Positions 10,540 to 23,481 are shown, counted from the stretch's first letter. The stretch is DNA of 31,569 nucleotides from Octopus sinensis (GCF_006345805.1 NW_021832219.1:1-31569); one strand, 5' to 3'. Program-made: numbers and translations. Notes: generated by a model from the sequence alone, not told the origin.

Positions 10540-10925
10540 AACTTAGCTTTTCTAGTAGTAATATTTTAACTCTCCTCTGTATCTAATTATACTAGTAGTC
10601 TTCTACAATTTTAAAACATGCAACTTATAAATTTATAATTTTATAATTTTGTAGCTACACATGTATATAAATATATATGTTCTGTATTAATTGTTTTTGG
10701 TTTTTGGTTTTTTGTCCTGGTTTATAAGGGAAATACACTGCGGCAAGAAAGAATATATACATTTTGGTATATACACAGTAATATGATATTCTTAGAGATT
10801 TCCAAAATTGCAGAGTGTGTATGAGTATCATAGTTGGATACCTGGTTTTAGATACTGTAATACTAATATGTAATAAATGTGAGTCTATATTGGATTTTGT
10901 TTGTTTTGGATGAGTATATGGGTTT

Positions 10926-11460
10926 TTGGCAGGCTTCTATATTGTATATTTAGTGTATCTTTGTACTCATCTAAATTTGTATCTTATGTTATTTATTAAT
11001 AAACCTATTCATTTACTTACATTTGGCTTTATACATATTAGCAGTCTTATATATTTAGTCTATATTTGTACTCATCTTGATTTGTACATTATGTTATTTA
11101 TCTATTTATTTATTCATTATCTATAGGTAAATGTTTACATAATAGTAGCCTGGATACTAAGTTTATATATGTACTTTTTTCAATGTATATTTTTCATTTT
11201 ATTTTATGTTATTTATCTATCTATCTATTCTTTTATGTATATGTGGATATATACATATTAGCAGTACTATATATTAGGTTTACCTTTGTATTTATCTTAA
11301 TTTGTATTCTATGGTATTTATCTATTTATTTATTCATTTATTTATTTATTTATATGTATATATATATATACATATATATCCATCATTTATTATAATAAAA
11401 TATATATACATGTATACTAGCTTGTACTTATATTTTCATTTTAATTTTAATTATTTCATC
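10926..11460. repeat. Degenerate ~110-bp tandem repeat in PLE 3' region
   Basis: Recurrent TTAGCAGT..TATATATT.AGT.TA..TTTGTA.T.ATCT..ATTTGTA..TTATG.TATTTAT at ~10926, 11038 and 11258. Confidence 0.6.
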
Positions 11461-12957
11461 TTATTTTATTCTATTACATTTTAATCTTAAGTAATTATAA
11501 TTATTAACTTATAATTAATTTAATTTTTGTTATTTACTTATATACTATTTTATTGGTAAGTCCTCCACTGATATTATTTAATGCCAAATCCTGTTAATTA
11601 TTACATTTGTATTTATGTGTCCACTGATGCTCAAAAATATATTTATATATAAGTACTATGAATGTTTACACGCACATCACATGTGAAAATATATGGTGTG
11701 TATGTGTATGTCTGTTGTTACACATGAGTATACATATGGGCATGTAGATGTGAGTGTAATTCTATTAGTTCGTTGGTAAGGGTTTTAATAGATAAATATT
11801 AGTATTATAATAACATTGGATTTATTACGTAAAGATGATATCTATTTATACTATAAGGAGTTATTTTGTTTATATATCCTAGAATATTAGCGTATTTTGA
11901 CTTCTTACAATTAATCTCTTATAATTTAATTATTATAAACCGATGTTAACTTAGTATATATATATTTCTATGTCTTTTGATAGTCAAACGGAAATGTTTA
12001 ATATATACTTTATAATTTAGCGTATGTTTGAATATAGCATATAGCGGTTAAGTTAGCAGACTTTTAGTTATAAAACACTATGGTTACGAAAAATACGGTG
12101 TCATATGAATTATGTACCTTATGAAAAATTACATTCTCTATCTTGATATAATTATATGTATCTTTGCATTTAATGTTTTATGGAAATATGTGAGTGGATC
12201 TTCTTCGTTAATACCGCGGCCTTGGTGTCGTTTTGGGGGGGCTGGATGTCTGCATGCATGTATGTGCAATCGGTTGGGTTCCTCTGTTTTTTCCATGTGT
12301 ATAGTTACGAGTATACCTCTTATATTATTTATTTATTTATGAGTTGGCTGTGTATGTGGCTATGTATGTGTGTATGTGTGTGGGTGTATGTGTGTGTGTA
12401 TACATATAATTATGTATGTATGTGCGCAGGATCTGTGGATGTGCGTGTGCGTATGTGCGCTTCTTGGCTAACTAACCGTAAAATTTCCATTGTGATTCAA
12501 ATTTAAAACTATAAGCCAATCGAATCTACCTAGGAAAATCAATATCAAGCGGATAGATGGATTCGACTCATTGAGTATATATGTGGATGCCCGCTTGCTT
12601 TACATGGTACAATCATGGTTGTTATTATTATTATTATTGTTAATATTAATATTAATTTTATTGACTTTTTTGTAGGGTTATACATTTTAATGAACTGGAC
12701 TGTTCTATATATATATGTCTGCTTTAAATTTAAATGTGAGTGTACATGTATTTCCTTGATGTTGGTTATGGAACTATGAGTCCAATATGGAAAATAATTG
12801 TGTTTGTTAATGTATACTGATATATTTTGTTTGTATTGTATTATTGTATTAATGTGTATATATATATATATGCGTAGAATTATGAGTGTCTATGCACACA
12901 TTTTTATATTTTATATTTTTATATTTATATGTAAATTTTTTCACACTTATATTAAAT

Positions 12958-13068
12958 TCTCTGAAGAGGCCGTGAGACATCCTTGTTAATGTCTCAGTTA
13001 TACCTGCTTTATATGGCTAATAGGTTTAATGAGACATACCTGTCTTCACGGCCGAAACAGCTGTCAGA
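12958..13068 (+). ncRNA. Type I hammerhead ribozyme in PLE pseudo-LTR
   Basis: TCT-CTGAAGA-GGCCGTGA...TCACGGCC-GAAA-CAGCTG-TC-AGA; complete core, palindromic stem III CAGCTG, predicted GUC cleavage after 13065. Confidence 0.85.
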
Positions 13069-13232
13069 TATGATGTAATTGTATTTTCTATTTCTATTTC
13101 CATGTCTAGTTATATTTGCAATATATTATGTATAATGTCATTGCTGTTATGTAATGGTTTAATAAAGTATTGATTGGGTATTATCTGATGGTTGATGATT
13201 GATTTAGGTATGTTTCTCCATTTTCTCATTTT

Positions 13233-13365
<133 letters not shown>

Positions 13366-13693
13366 TGTGTCTGTGTCTGTATCTGTGAGTGTGTATAAAA
13401 CAAGCAAAGTAGCAAGTCAGAAAATCTCTAGAGGAGATGAATGTAGTAACTATACCGAGAAGAAATATTTATCACCACATCAGCATGGCTGTTCCATAGG
13501 AATCGATATTACTACCGTTCAAACACCAGGAGTATCCGCTTCCAGTTGTTTATCGATGCAGTCTGCACCCGTAATATATTGCAAGCTGAGAAGCAAATCC
13601 TTACTACCCTCTAGCAGACGACGGCATCCCGAGACCACACGTTTTCTGACTATTTGTGGCCATTGTCAGTGGTGAACAATCGGCCGCTATATA

Positions 13694-14191
<498 letters not shown>

Positions 14192-14195
14192 ATAT

Positions 14196-14237
<42 letters not shown>

Positions 14238-14239
<2 letters not shown>

Positions 14240-14400
14240 TAATCCAAACAAGAAAACACAGAAAAAAAGAGAAAAAACACAGCAACGCGAGGACGTGGAA
14301 CAATTAAAGTATTATTGACGCTCAGGAAAGAAGGGAAGGAGGGTTTAACGTTTCGAGCGGAGCTCTTCGTCGGAAACAAGAAGAAGGAAAGATCCCAAGG
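14238..14400 (-). mobile_element. Probable PLE pseudo-LTR remnant (second family); upstream boundary uncertain
   Basis: Minimal hammerhead-like motif followed by ~105 nt T-rich tail ending at (TA)n. Confidence 0.55.
14343..14377 (-). ncRNA. Ultra-minimal hammerhead-like motif (CCGACGA variant)
   Basis: GTTT-CCGACGA-A-GAGC-tcc-GCTC-GAAA-CG-TT-AAAC: stems I and II pair perfectly; palindrome AACGTT replaces stem III. Confidence 0.6.
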
Positions 14401-14942
14401 AGGGAAGACAGAGGAGACAATATTTGAGCTGGTGGTGCTTAAGAGATCACATGTTGAAAGAACAGAATTTGGAGGTAGTTGAAATATGGTTTTATAATGC
14501 AAGACAGTTCCAAAAAAAGGAATGCCTGTGTGTGTGTGTGTGTGTGTGCAAGATGACAAGTGTGTTTGTGCGTGCGTGTGTGTGTGTATTTTTGGTGAAT
14601 AAGGGCAATGACAAAGCCAGCTGTCATGATGACTACTAGCCGTTTGTGTCAAGCCAGGTCAAAGCTGGGTCATAAAAACAAAGGGCTATAGAGTGTATGT
14701 ATGTACGTGTACGTGTGCGCGTGTATGTGTGGGTTTGTATGTGTTTGTGTGTATGTGTGCGTGCGCGGATAGGTGTATATTGTGTATGTATATCTGTCGG
14801 TGTGTATGTGAGTTTGTGTGTGTTTGTACGTGTGTTTGTGTGTGTGAGTGTATAGTATATATATATGTAAATGTGTGTGTGTGTACGTGCGTGTGAGTGA
14901 ATGTATGTATATATGTGTGCGTGTGTGTACAATGTAGGGGCT

Positions 14943-15819
14943 GGATCTTTTCAATTCTGAAGGCAGGACCACAGATCTTTCTACTTAACTAAATAATCTG
15001 AAACTTCGTATGCTGATAGAGTCTAGCAAAACAAGACACAGGTTGGAACTAGTTTATTTGAGAAAAATCTATTTTATAACTTTAATCGTAGATTAAAACT
15101 GCGAATTTTAACCAATCAGATTGTTTGTTTTCATGTGTAAAACTTGACTGCATTCTATTAGTGTGACGTAGAAAGCGCTTTTGTGACGTACTAACGTTCG
15201 TTTGAAAACTGTAAACAAACACAGACGAAATACGGCTACGCATTTCGCCCGGCGTGCTAACGTTTCTGCCAGCTCTTTGCTTTTTTAATATTAAATTTCT
15301 TGCCTTTTGCACAAATAAATACAATAAGTGAAATGAAACGCATTAGCTTAGAAACGAAATCTTGTTAGAAGCCTCGTCACTGAGATGCCACTTCTTAATA
15401 GCAAACGAAAGCAAGTACTAACAGAATGGAAACATTTTCAATTTAATACATGTGGCTTATTAACTAGTTTTAAATATTGTTATTAGAAGGTGGCTGACTA
15501 TAGGATCCTGGAAACATGAGTACTTTAAATAATTAGAAGGAGATTTCACGGAGGATGCGGTCTGTTTACATTTAAGATGTTTAATACGTCACCAAATTGG
15601 TGGTCGAGACGGAGTAAATAAAATAAAGCCGAATGACGGAATATCATTGGTTAAAATTCTAATTATTAAACAACGTTAAACTTAGAAGTTACAATTCCGT
15701 TTTCATTCTGGTTTACAATTAAGTTTACTTTTGACACATTCTACCAGTATACGAAGTTTCAAATTGTTTGGTTCAGTAGGAAAAATTTGAAAAAACTGGC
15801 TTCAGAATTGAAAAGATCC
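14943..15819. mobile_element. Non-autonomous DNA transposon, 8-bp TSD, GG termini (Merlin-like; superfamily uncertain)
   Basis: TSD TAGGGGCT (14935-14942, 15820-15827); TIR GGATCTTTTCAATTCTGAAG(G/C)CAG extending imperfectly to ~78 bp. Confidence 0.85.
15221..15275 (-). mobile_element. 5' fragment of SINE family B inside the DNA transposon
   Basis: acagacgaaatacggctacgcatttcgcccggcg is identical to 26876-26909. Confidence 0.8.
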
Positions 15820-15827
15820 TAGGGGCT

Positions 15828-15830
<3 letters not shown>

Positions 15831-15869
<39 letters not shown>

Positions 15870-15890
15870 TAATAATAATAATAATTAATT
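15831..15890. repeat. (AAT)n tract at LINE 3' junction
   Basis: Direct reading. Confidence 0.9.
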
Positions 15891-16164
15891 CTTTTTTATT
15901 GGCCACAAGGGCTGACACGCATGATTTGAAACATGAAGGGACAATACAGGACGAAAGGTTACAAAGGGTTTTGTCCGTTTTTGAAAAACATCGAGTAAAA
16001 ACTTAATAACATTTAAAAAATTTAACAATGAAAATCTCCCAAAAGGGGGAGGCGCTAAGAAAGGTTCCTGGTGGAAAAAACCCCACAAAAGCCAACGGGA
16101 GCCTGGTCAAAAAAAGGGGGTGTAGAGAGTCCCTTTTTTCTCCTTTTATATTACCCTTTTGAAA

Positions 16165-19100
16165 TCACAGGCGAAACCTGAGAACTGGTCCATTTATACT
16201 GGCCAGTCTCGCACAATTCACCCACCTTTCATAAAACTTGCTATCGGACAGCACTTTCCTCTCTAACCTCATCTTCCTTTTCAAGTGAAACTTGAAAAAG
16301 TTGATGAGGCCTTGACCAAAGAGGAAAGTGTCTGACTTTAGCCCTTTCAAACGAGTCCACCACACAACTTCTTTCGCCACAGCCACTAGGCACAAGAAAA
16401 CGGCCTCGCCCTCCTTGTTAAATGAGGTCGGCGGGGCATTCTTCACTATGGATTCGGCCGATAGTCGGATCCGTCCCGCACGTGACAGTAGCTGTTCGAC
16501 ATAAACCCATATTTCAGCAATACTCGGGCACTGGACGAGCGTGCAGAACGGTTTCGTCGTCCTGGCAACACCTCGGGCAGGCCCGGCTGACGGCACTTCC
16601 GTGCCGGTAGAGTTTATCTCGTACAGGCAGAGCCCCTCGGTAGCACTGCCAGGCGAGCGACCTCTGGAAATTATCCATCGGCCCCGGCCCGAAAGTCCTC
16701 CCGAACAGACCGCACAGTTCGTCATCTTCAACGCCTAGAGTTTCCCCGAGAACGTCGTCGCATTTTTCCTCCACTAACCCTCTATAGAACGCTAGAGTGG
16801 AGCTGTAACCGATCGCATTGCCCGCCTGACGGAGGGCGGAGAGGGCTTGACGGCACTCGAGGTGCCAAGCGCCCTTTCTCGGTCTACGTTTGATCGAGGT
16901 CTGCAGCTCCGTCAAAGAGACGAGCTGCGGAAAATCGCGTCTTACAAAAGACGACCACACCTGTTCACCGTCTAGGAAGCGCTTGAGATGCCGCAGCCTG
17001 AGCGCATGTCTGCGCAACAGCAACCACGGCATTCCAAGGCCTCCGTTCAGCGGTCGTTGACAGCAGATGGATCGCCTGACCAGTGGCACCTGACCCTTCC
17101 ACAAAAAGTCGATGAGCTGGCGTACCAGCTTGGCCAGCCAGCGGTCGGGACAAGGGACGACGGTCAAGCAGTAATAGATGACGGATGCGATGTACGCATT
17201 TGCCACCTCCGCTCGACCTTTCAGGGACAGCTTCCTCTCGGCCCATTTCTGGGTGAGACGTGCCACCCTGCTCGTCACCTCTTCCCAGTTCTTATCCACC
17301 TGGAGGTCCGGACCGAACCAGACTCCGAGCAGTTTAACGGGTCCGTCTGTCCAGCGCCCTACGACGCTGTTGGACGGCATGGGCTTGCCTCTCCAGGTGC
17401 CCAGTTGCAAGCCCACAGACTTTTCCGCGTTAATCTTTGCCCCTGTCACCGCTTCGTACTGGTTTAGTGTCTCGCCAATCAGGCCAATGTGCCTGTGGCT
17501 CGACACCACCACGGTGACGTCGTCGGCATAAGCAGACACGCTGTTTCCGCCTCCTAGATCGCGCGGGATACCCCTCAAAGCCTCCAACTTGCGCAGTAAT
17601 GGCTCGAGAGTCAAAATGTACAAGAGGGAGAGAGGGCATCCTTGGCGGACCGAACGCGAGATGTCGAACGGTTTCGAAAGGTGACCGTTCACCCGTATCA
17701 CCGAGCAGATGTTGCTGTATAAAGCAGCTATCCACCCGCGGAAAACTGGACCGAAGCCGGCTGCCTTGAGGACAGCTGCCAGGTACCGATGGTCGACCCT
17801 ATCGAAGGCTTTGCTCTGATCCAAGTTGATCAAAGCCCCACCCGCGCCAGCGTCGTTACCCACCCTCTCTATGATGTAGCGCATGAGATGGAGGTTGTCG
17901 TGTATCGACCTGGTCGGCACGGCGCATGTCTGCGTCTTGCCGACCAGCTTGTCCTCGACAAGCGCCAATCTCTTGGCTAGCACCTTGGCCAAAATCTTCA
18001 ACTCTGTATTGAGCAGAGGGATGGGCTGGAAATTCCCTATAACGTCCCCCTTGTTTGGGTCCTTCTTCAGCAAAGCCACCACTCCTCGACAGACAAAAGC
18101 AGGAATTCTCCCGTTTTGCTGCCAGTTGCAGTAGACGTTTGCCAACAGGCCCGCAAACAAGTCTGGCATTGAAAAGTAAAGCTCGTAGGGCAGACCATCC
18201 AAACCCGGCGATCTACCTCTCGTGCAACTCTTCATCGCTTCTTCCACTTCCAAGGCAGATATCGGTCCTTCGCAGCACTCTGCCTCGCTGTCCGAGAGTT
18301 GCGGCAGTCCGTCCAGGTACACACCGAAGTCTGTACCGTTGGTGTCCGTTCCACCGCTCGTCCCAAACAGTTGAGCAAAGTGCCGCTGAAGCACCGTACA
18401 CATCTGCTTCGGTTCGGTAACCTCGCGCCCGTTCTGGTCCACCAAAGACCGAATGGTTGCTTTGTTGCCTCGCTTCGCCTCCGCCACAGGGACCCATCGA
18501 GCGGCTCTAGTCCCCTCCCCGCTTAGCGAACGTGCCTTAGCTCTGACAACGCAGCCTTCGTGTTTGGCGTCGAAGTGTTGGTCGAGGGCCAACCTTGCCG
18601 CCAACACGTCGGTCGCGATGCCAGTGTCAAGAGCCTCGTCTAGTTTCTTAACTAAATCCCGCTCTCTCTTCCTACGTTCAATAGCTAGAGTCTTACTATA
18701 CCTAATCGACTCTACTCTAATTGCTCTCTTGAGGGCAAACCACCAGTTGTTGTTGATGATTGCCCCCGTGAGCGCCCGCTTAACTAGTAAACTAATCCGG
18801 TGTCTGTAAGCTTTGCACGCCGTTAACGACGCGTTCAGCTTCCAGTAGCCGGGTCCCTGTCTTTGTAGCCTATCTAAGTCGACCGTACAGATCAGTAATT
18901 TGTGGTCCGTATATTCGACTAGGTGGAATTGTGGACACCCTACGCTGTCCTTATCCGCTGGCCTACAAAATACTCTATCTAAGTACGATCTAGACGACCC
19001 GATGCGATTGGTCCAAGTCCACATTGGCACATTCGGGTTGTCTAGTCGAAACCTGTCGGACAGCTGAAAGCGGCCGAGTAGGTTGGCGAGGCTCTTGCAC

Positions 19101-19592
19101 CCTCCCCCTCTCCTATCAGACGCTCCCCTGCCCACCCGATCGAAACGTTCGTCTAAGACAGCGTTCCAATCCCCAACTAGCACTAGAGTGCGTGACGTTC
19201 CAGGAAAACTTCCAGACGTTTGAAATAATCCGACTGCCCTGCTCCTGTCGGAGCGTAGGCAGCCAGCAGTCTGAAAGCACCGCCGTCACTACCGTCGACG
19301 TCGAGGACCACCAACTTACCTTCCGGATCCAAGAAGACTGTCCTTATTTTCAAGTCCAGGCCCTTCCGAAACAACACCGCAGTACCACCACCGCCCGCTC
19401 CCGGCCGACACGAAGATAGAAATATCTCGTATCCGCCGAAAAGGCCTCGAGTTCCTGCGGGTCGGAGAGCCTGGTTTCACTGATGGCTGCTACATCCACA
19501 TCATGAAACCTCAGGTCGTTTAACAGGTGACCCTGTTTCCAAGGTGACCCGAGGCCTCTCACATTCAAGCAACCGATTCTAAGATTTGCCAT
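16165..19592 (-). CDS. Tx1-like ORF2 (AP endonuclease, RT, C-terminal Cys-rich domain); three frameshifts as assembled
   Basis: CLNVRGL, ISETRL, VGDWNAVLD, SYLDRVF, TDHK, GYWKLN, SPGLDGLP, LDQSKAFDRVDH, VRQGCPLS, SAYADD, CPRC...ETVLH..LVQCP. Frameshifts near 19443, 19200, 16539; no in-frame stops seen. Confidence 0.92.
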
Positions 19593-19633
19593 GCTTCAAA
19601 AGTAGGGGGGAAAAAAAGGAGAAGAAAAAGGCT

Positions 19634-21415
19634 CTACTTACTGTTGTTGGTGGTGGGGGTGGCTCCCTTGTGCTTTTGCACGGGTGCTTCCAAAATATTT
19701 TTGTACAGTTTCTTAGAGAAACTTTTCCCTAACGATCCCACATCATTAGGGAATATTTGTTTAATTTCGTTGTATGTTGTTTTGTTTATTTTTATTGTGA
19801 GAATGTGTGCTGGTGGTGTGTTGTGTCTTGGTATAACAAAATCTGTTATACTTGTACTAGTTCTGTCTTTCAAATACTCAACCAGTTCCTGGTTCCTTGT
19901 ATTTATTGATGTAATTGTGTCTGTGTGTTTGGCAGTGGCAGTAGTGGTGTCGAAAGTGTTGTTGTTGTTGTTTGTTGTGAGTGTGTGTTGTTGTTGATGT
20001 TGTTGTTGATGTTGGGAAGTACTATTTGTTCGCGCTTCCCCTGTGTGTCTTTTTGTTTTCTCCTCCTTTTCGTTTTTGGAGGCACCGTGTTCCACTCTCC
20101 TTTGTCGGAATCAGAGCTCGCACAATCCGAGTACTCTTCATACGGCAAAGGAATGGTTGAGGGGTCTGCTTCAGCAGCAGGACGAAAAGTTGTTGGTTCC
20201 GCCGGTATCGGTGGTGCCGCTGCTCCTGTTGCTGTTGATGGTGCTGCTGTCGACCTTCTAGGTACTGGTGTTGGTGTTGGTTTGGTGGTTGTTGTTGTTG
20301 GAGGTAGTGTTGTTCGTCTTGGTGCTGGTGATGGTGTTGGTGGTGTGGCAGCCTTTGGTGTTTCGTGCTGTTTCTGCTGTTTCTGTTGTTGTTGTTGTTG
20401 TTGCTGCCTCCATTCTCTTTTTTTGAATGGGGCAGTCCCTCTTCAGGTGGCTTTCGCTACTGCTGAGGAAACATTTTGGCTTTCGCCCCTCTACAGTAAC
20501 GTTTAGCCTGGTCCCATCTAGTAAGATGACAAAGTCAGGTATGGCATTGATGTTTTCCTGCTGGATCTGTACCAGCAGTTCAATACCCATACCTGACCAG
20601 TTCTTTTCTCTTACCCTCCGAACATTTAGGATAGTGGCAGTGTCCTCTATGCCATAGAGGATAGCCGCCACTAGCCATGAGATATTCAGTTCGGGGGGTA
20701 TTGTATTTATTGTTATTTTTTGGACCTTACGCCCGAGGTACATCGGAACGAGGAACAAATGTTCATTTTGCAAGGGCGAAATGGCATGCGCCCTTGCTTG
20801 CTCCTCTGTTGGGAAGCGAACCTTCACGGTTCCAAATCGCTTCCCACTTGTCACATAGCTCTTTTGGCCCCAAATGGGCTTCAGAGCCATTTCTAACTGT
20901 TGGGGTGTGGCGTTAACCTGTCTTTTAGTTTTCTTTTCGAAAACTTTGTAGAATATTGTTTTTTTGTTGGTCTCATGTATGAGTTGTTCAGGTGTGTTGA
21001 GGAAAACACTGTTTCCCTCTTTTCTCAACAACTCTTTTGCCATTTTAATATCCTCCATCGTAATTTGTATCTCTTCCGAAATCTGCTTTGCAGCTGAAGC
21101 AAAACCTTTGGCATTTTCTTCAATTTTTGTTTCTTTGTTTATTTCTCTCGTATTCATATCATTCCCTTCCTCCCCTTTCGGTACTATAACATTAGTTGAA
21201 GGTAGAGGGGGCAAATCTAAAATGACGTCGCAAGAGACGCCGTCTTTTTTGTTCTTATTTGGAACGCTTTGCTTTTCAGCACGTTCCATTGTAATGTTTA
21301 CTTCGCCTTCTACGGCTTGAAATGGGTGGTTCGGAACCGCTGACGAAATTTTTTCTTCTTGTGGAGGGGGTGCTGTTGCAAGGAGGGAAAAGCCAGCAGC
21401 TCTTTTTAAAGCCAT
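19634..21415 (-). CDS. Tx1-like ORF1 (gag-like, degenerate CCHC knuckle, low-complexity C-terminus); frameshifted
   Basis: ATG at 21415; VTVEGRKPKCFLSSSESHLKRDCP; Q/P/T-rich segment and basic GEWNTVPPKTKRRRK in a second frame; ends 41 nt before the ORF2 ATG. Confidence 0.8.
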
Positions 21416-21636
21416 TTTGGAAATGTGTGTGTGCAAAATAATGTGAATGTCAATAATATAAACAGTAATTTTACCCCGAAAGGGGTAAAATTTTGCCTAG
21501 CCAACTAGCTCTGTAAAAAGTTAGTCGGCTTGGCTACAAAAATATTCAAAAATATTAACACTTATCAGCAAATTTCCAATGAAATTGTCACAAAACTCAC
21601 GGAGCTTCCGGAGACACGTCCATCCGCGTTGGAAGA

Positions 21637-21683
21637 AATAATAATAATAATAATAACAATAATAATGATAATAATAATAATAA
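21637..21683. repeat. (AAT)n tract between two LINEs
   Basis: Direct reading. Confidence 0.9.
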
Positions 21684-23428
21684 GGAAGTCAAGTAAATGG
21701 AAGTCTCCAGGAAAGGATAAAATTCCTAAATTCTAGTTGAATGCCTCCCCAGAAAGTGTTGAACTACTAGCAAAACTTTACAACAATGTTCTCCAACATC
21801 TTAGTATGATTCCCTCTTGCTAGTTAATGGTTTAACATTCCTACTTCCAAAAAATGAAGAAACAAACGTACCGAAAAATTACAGACCCATAACCTGCTTA
21901 ACATCAATGTACAAAATGCTAACATCTGTATTAAGTGAATATACCTATAGTTTTTTTTAATAGAAAGTGGCATATTCCCAAATGAGCAAAAAGGATTTTA
22001 ACGTGGGTCCTGTGGTTGTAAAGACCAGCTACTCATCAATAAGATGATCTTGGAATATTGTCTCAAACGATACAAAAGCTTGTCAATAACGTGGATAGAC
22101 TATAAAAAAGCTTTTGATAGTCTACCACATAGCTGGATTAAGAAATGTCTGGAAATGTATAAAATTGCACCTACTCTGCGAAACTTTTTGCTTGTAAGTA
22201 TGAGATCATGGAGAACCATGCTGAACAGTGTTATTGAATCTCTTAATCCTGGAGATCTAAGAATTTCAGATGGCATTTTCCAGGGTGACTCTCTATCACC
22301 ACTCCTCATTTGTCTAGTCTTAATACCTCTCTCGAAATTACTCAATGATGCACAGTACGGTTATAAAATGTTTGATAAAAATATAAATCATCTCATTTAC
22401 ATGGATGATTTAAAGCTCTTTGCAAAAAATGGCCAACAACTACAGGGCTTACTAGCAATTGATAAATAATACAGTGATGACATCAGGATGCAATTTGGCC
22501 TCGATAAATGCGCAATACCTACCTTTATCAAAGAAAGAAATGACTGACACATCTAACTTTAACCTTGACCAGTAGAATGTCATAAAGGAGTTATAACACG
22601 CGGAGAGCTACAAATACCTAGGGTAATTTGAACGTGATGGCATCAAACATTTAGTGATGAGAGAAAGGATCAGAAGAGAATGTTATCACAGGGTAATTGC
22701 TGAATGCAAGAAACAGGATCGAAGCGATCTATTCTTTAACCATAGGAGTCGTGACTTATAGTTTCAATATCATTAACTAGTCAAGTACTGAAATACGTAA
22801 TCTTGACAGAAAAAGGCGAAAATTGTTGGCAATGCATAGAATGCACCACCCAAATATAGAAGTGCCAAGAAAAGAGGGAGACTGAGGACTTTTACACCTG
22901 GAATTAACAATGAACATTGCCAATATTGACCTAGACACCTACCTGAAAAACTCTGATTACTGGATGTTAAGACTTTCTCAAAACATGACAGCCAGGAAGC
23001 TTCATGTACAGTAGCAAAACAGGCAAAGGAATATATAAGTGAATTCCAAATACAACAAATTCTAGAATTAGAAGTACTAGAAACAAACACAAAAAAGCTA
23101 ATGTTACAACTGCTGCCTTAGATATTCTTACTGATAAATTGCAAGAAGATTTCTCAATGGAAATACCCAAACAGAGCTAATAGTGACGATGTTGACAAAG
23201 CCATTGCCCATCAATGGTTAATGGCTTCTGGCTTAAAATCAGAAACAGAAGCATTTATCATAGCAGCCCAATATCAATGCCTACCTACAAGAAACTACCA
23301 GGCCAACATATTAAGAACGCCAGTTTTCCCAACATATCGTGTATGACAACAACAAAATGAAACCATTGATCATGTTGTTTCCATGAGCAGTCTTCTAGCG
23401 CTTACAGAATATCTCAACAGGCATGACA
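21684..23428 (+). pseudogene. Degenerate R4/Dong-clade non-LTR retrotransposon fragment (RT to CCHC region)
   Basis: WKSPGKDKI, LLPK..PKNYRPITCL, EQKG..GCKDQLLINKMI, WIDYKKAFDSLPHSWI, GIFQGDSLSPLL, HLIYMDDLKLFAK, LKSETEAFIIAAQ, ETIDHVVS, EYLNRHD; many stops and frameshifts; endonuclease domain missing. Confidence 0.88.
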
Positions 23429-23481
23429 ATTCTCTCTTTTTATTATGTAACAGTTTGACAATTTTATTGCTTTTAGTGTTC

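Larger units (their letters stand above)
15891..21630 (-). mobile_element. Near-full-length L1/Tx1-clade non-LTR retrotransposon
   Basis: Short 5' UTR, ORF1 with zinc knuckle, ORF2 APE-RT-zinc finger, 3' UTR with AATAAA (15900-15895); (AAT)n on both sides. Confidence 0.92.

Noticed and set aside
13612-13650. CAGACGA-CGG-CATC-CCG-AGAC hammerhead-like string
   Set aside because: Both core boxes deviate and no stem I can be formed.
16422-21320. Many plus-strand and alternative-frame ORFs over the Tx1 element
   Set aside because: Shadows of a GC-rich coding sequence; no independent motifs.
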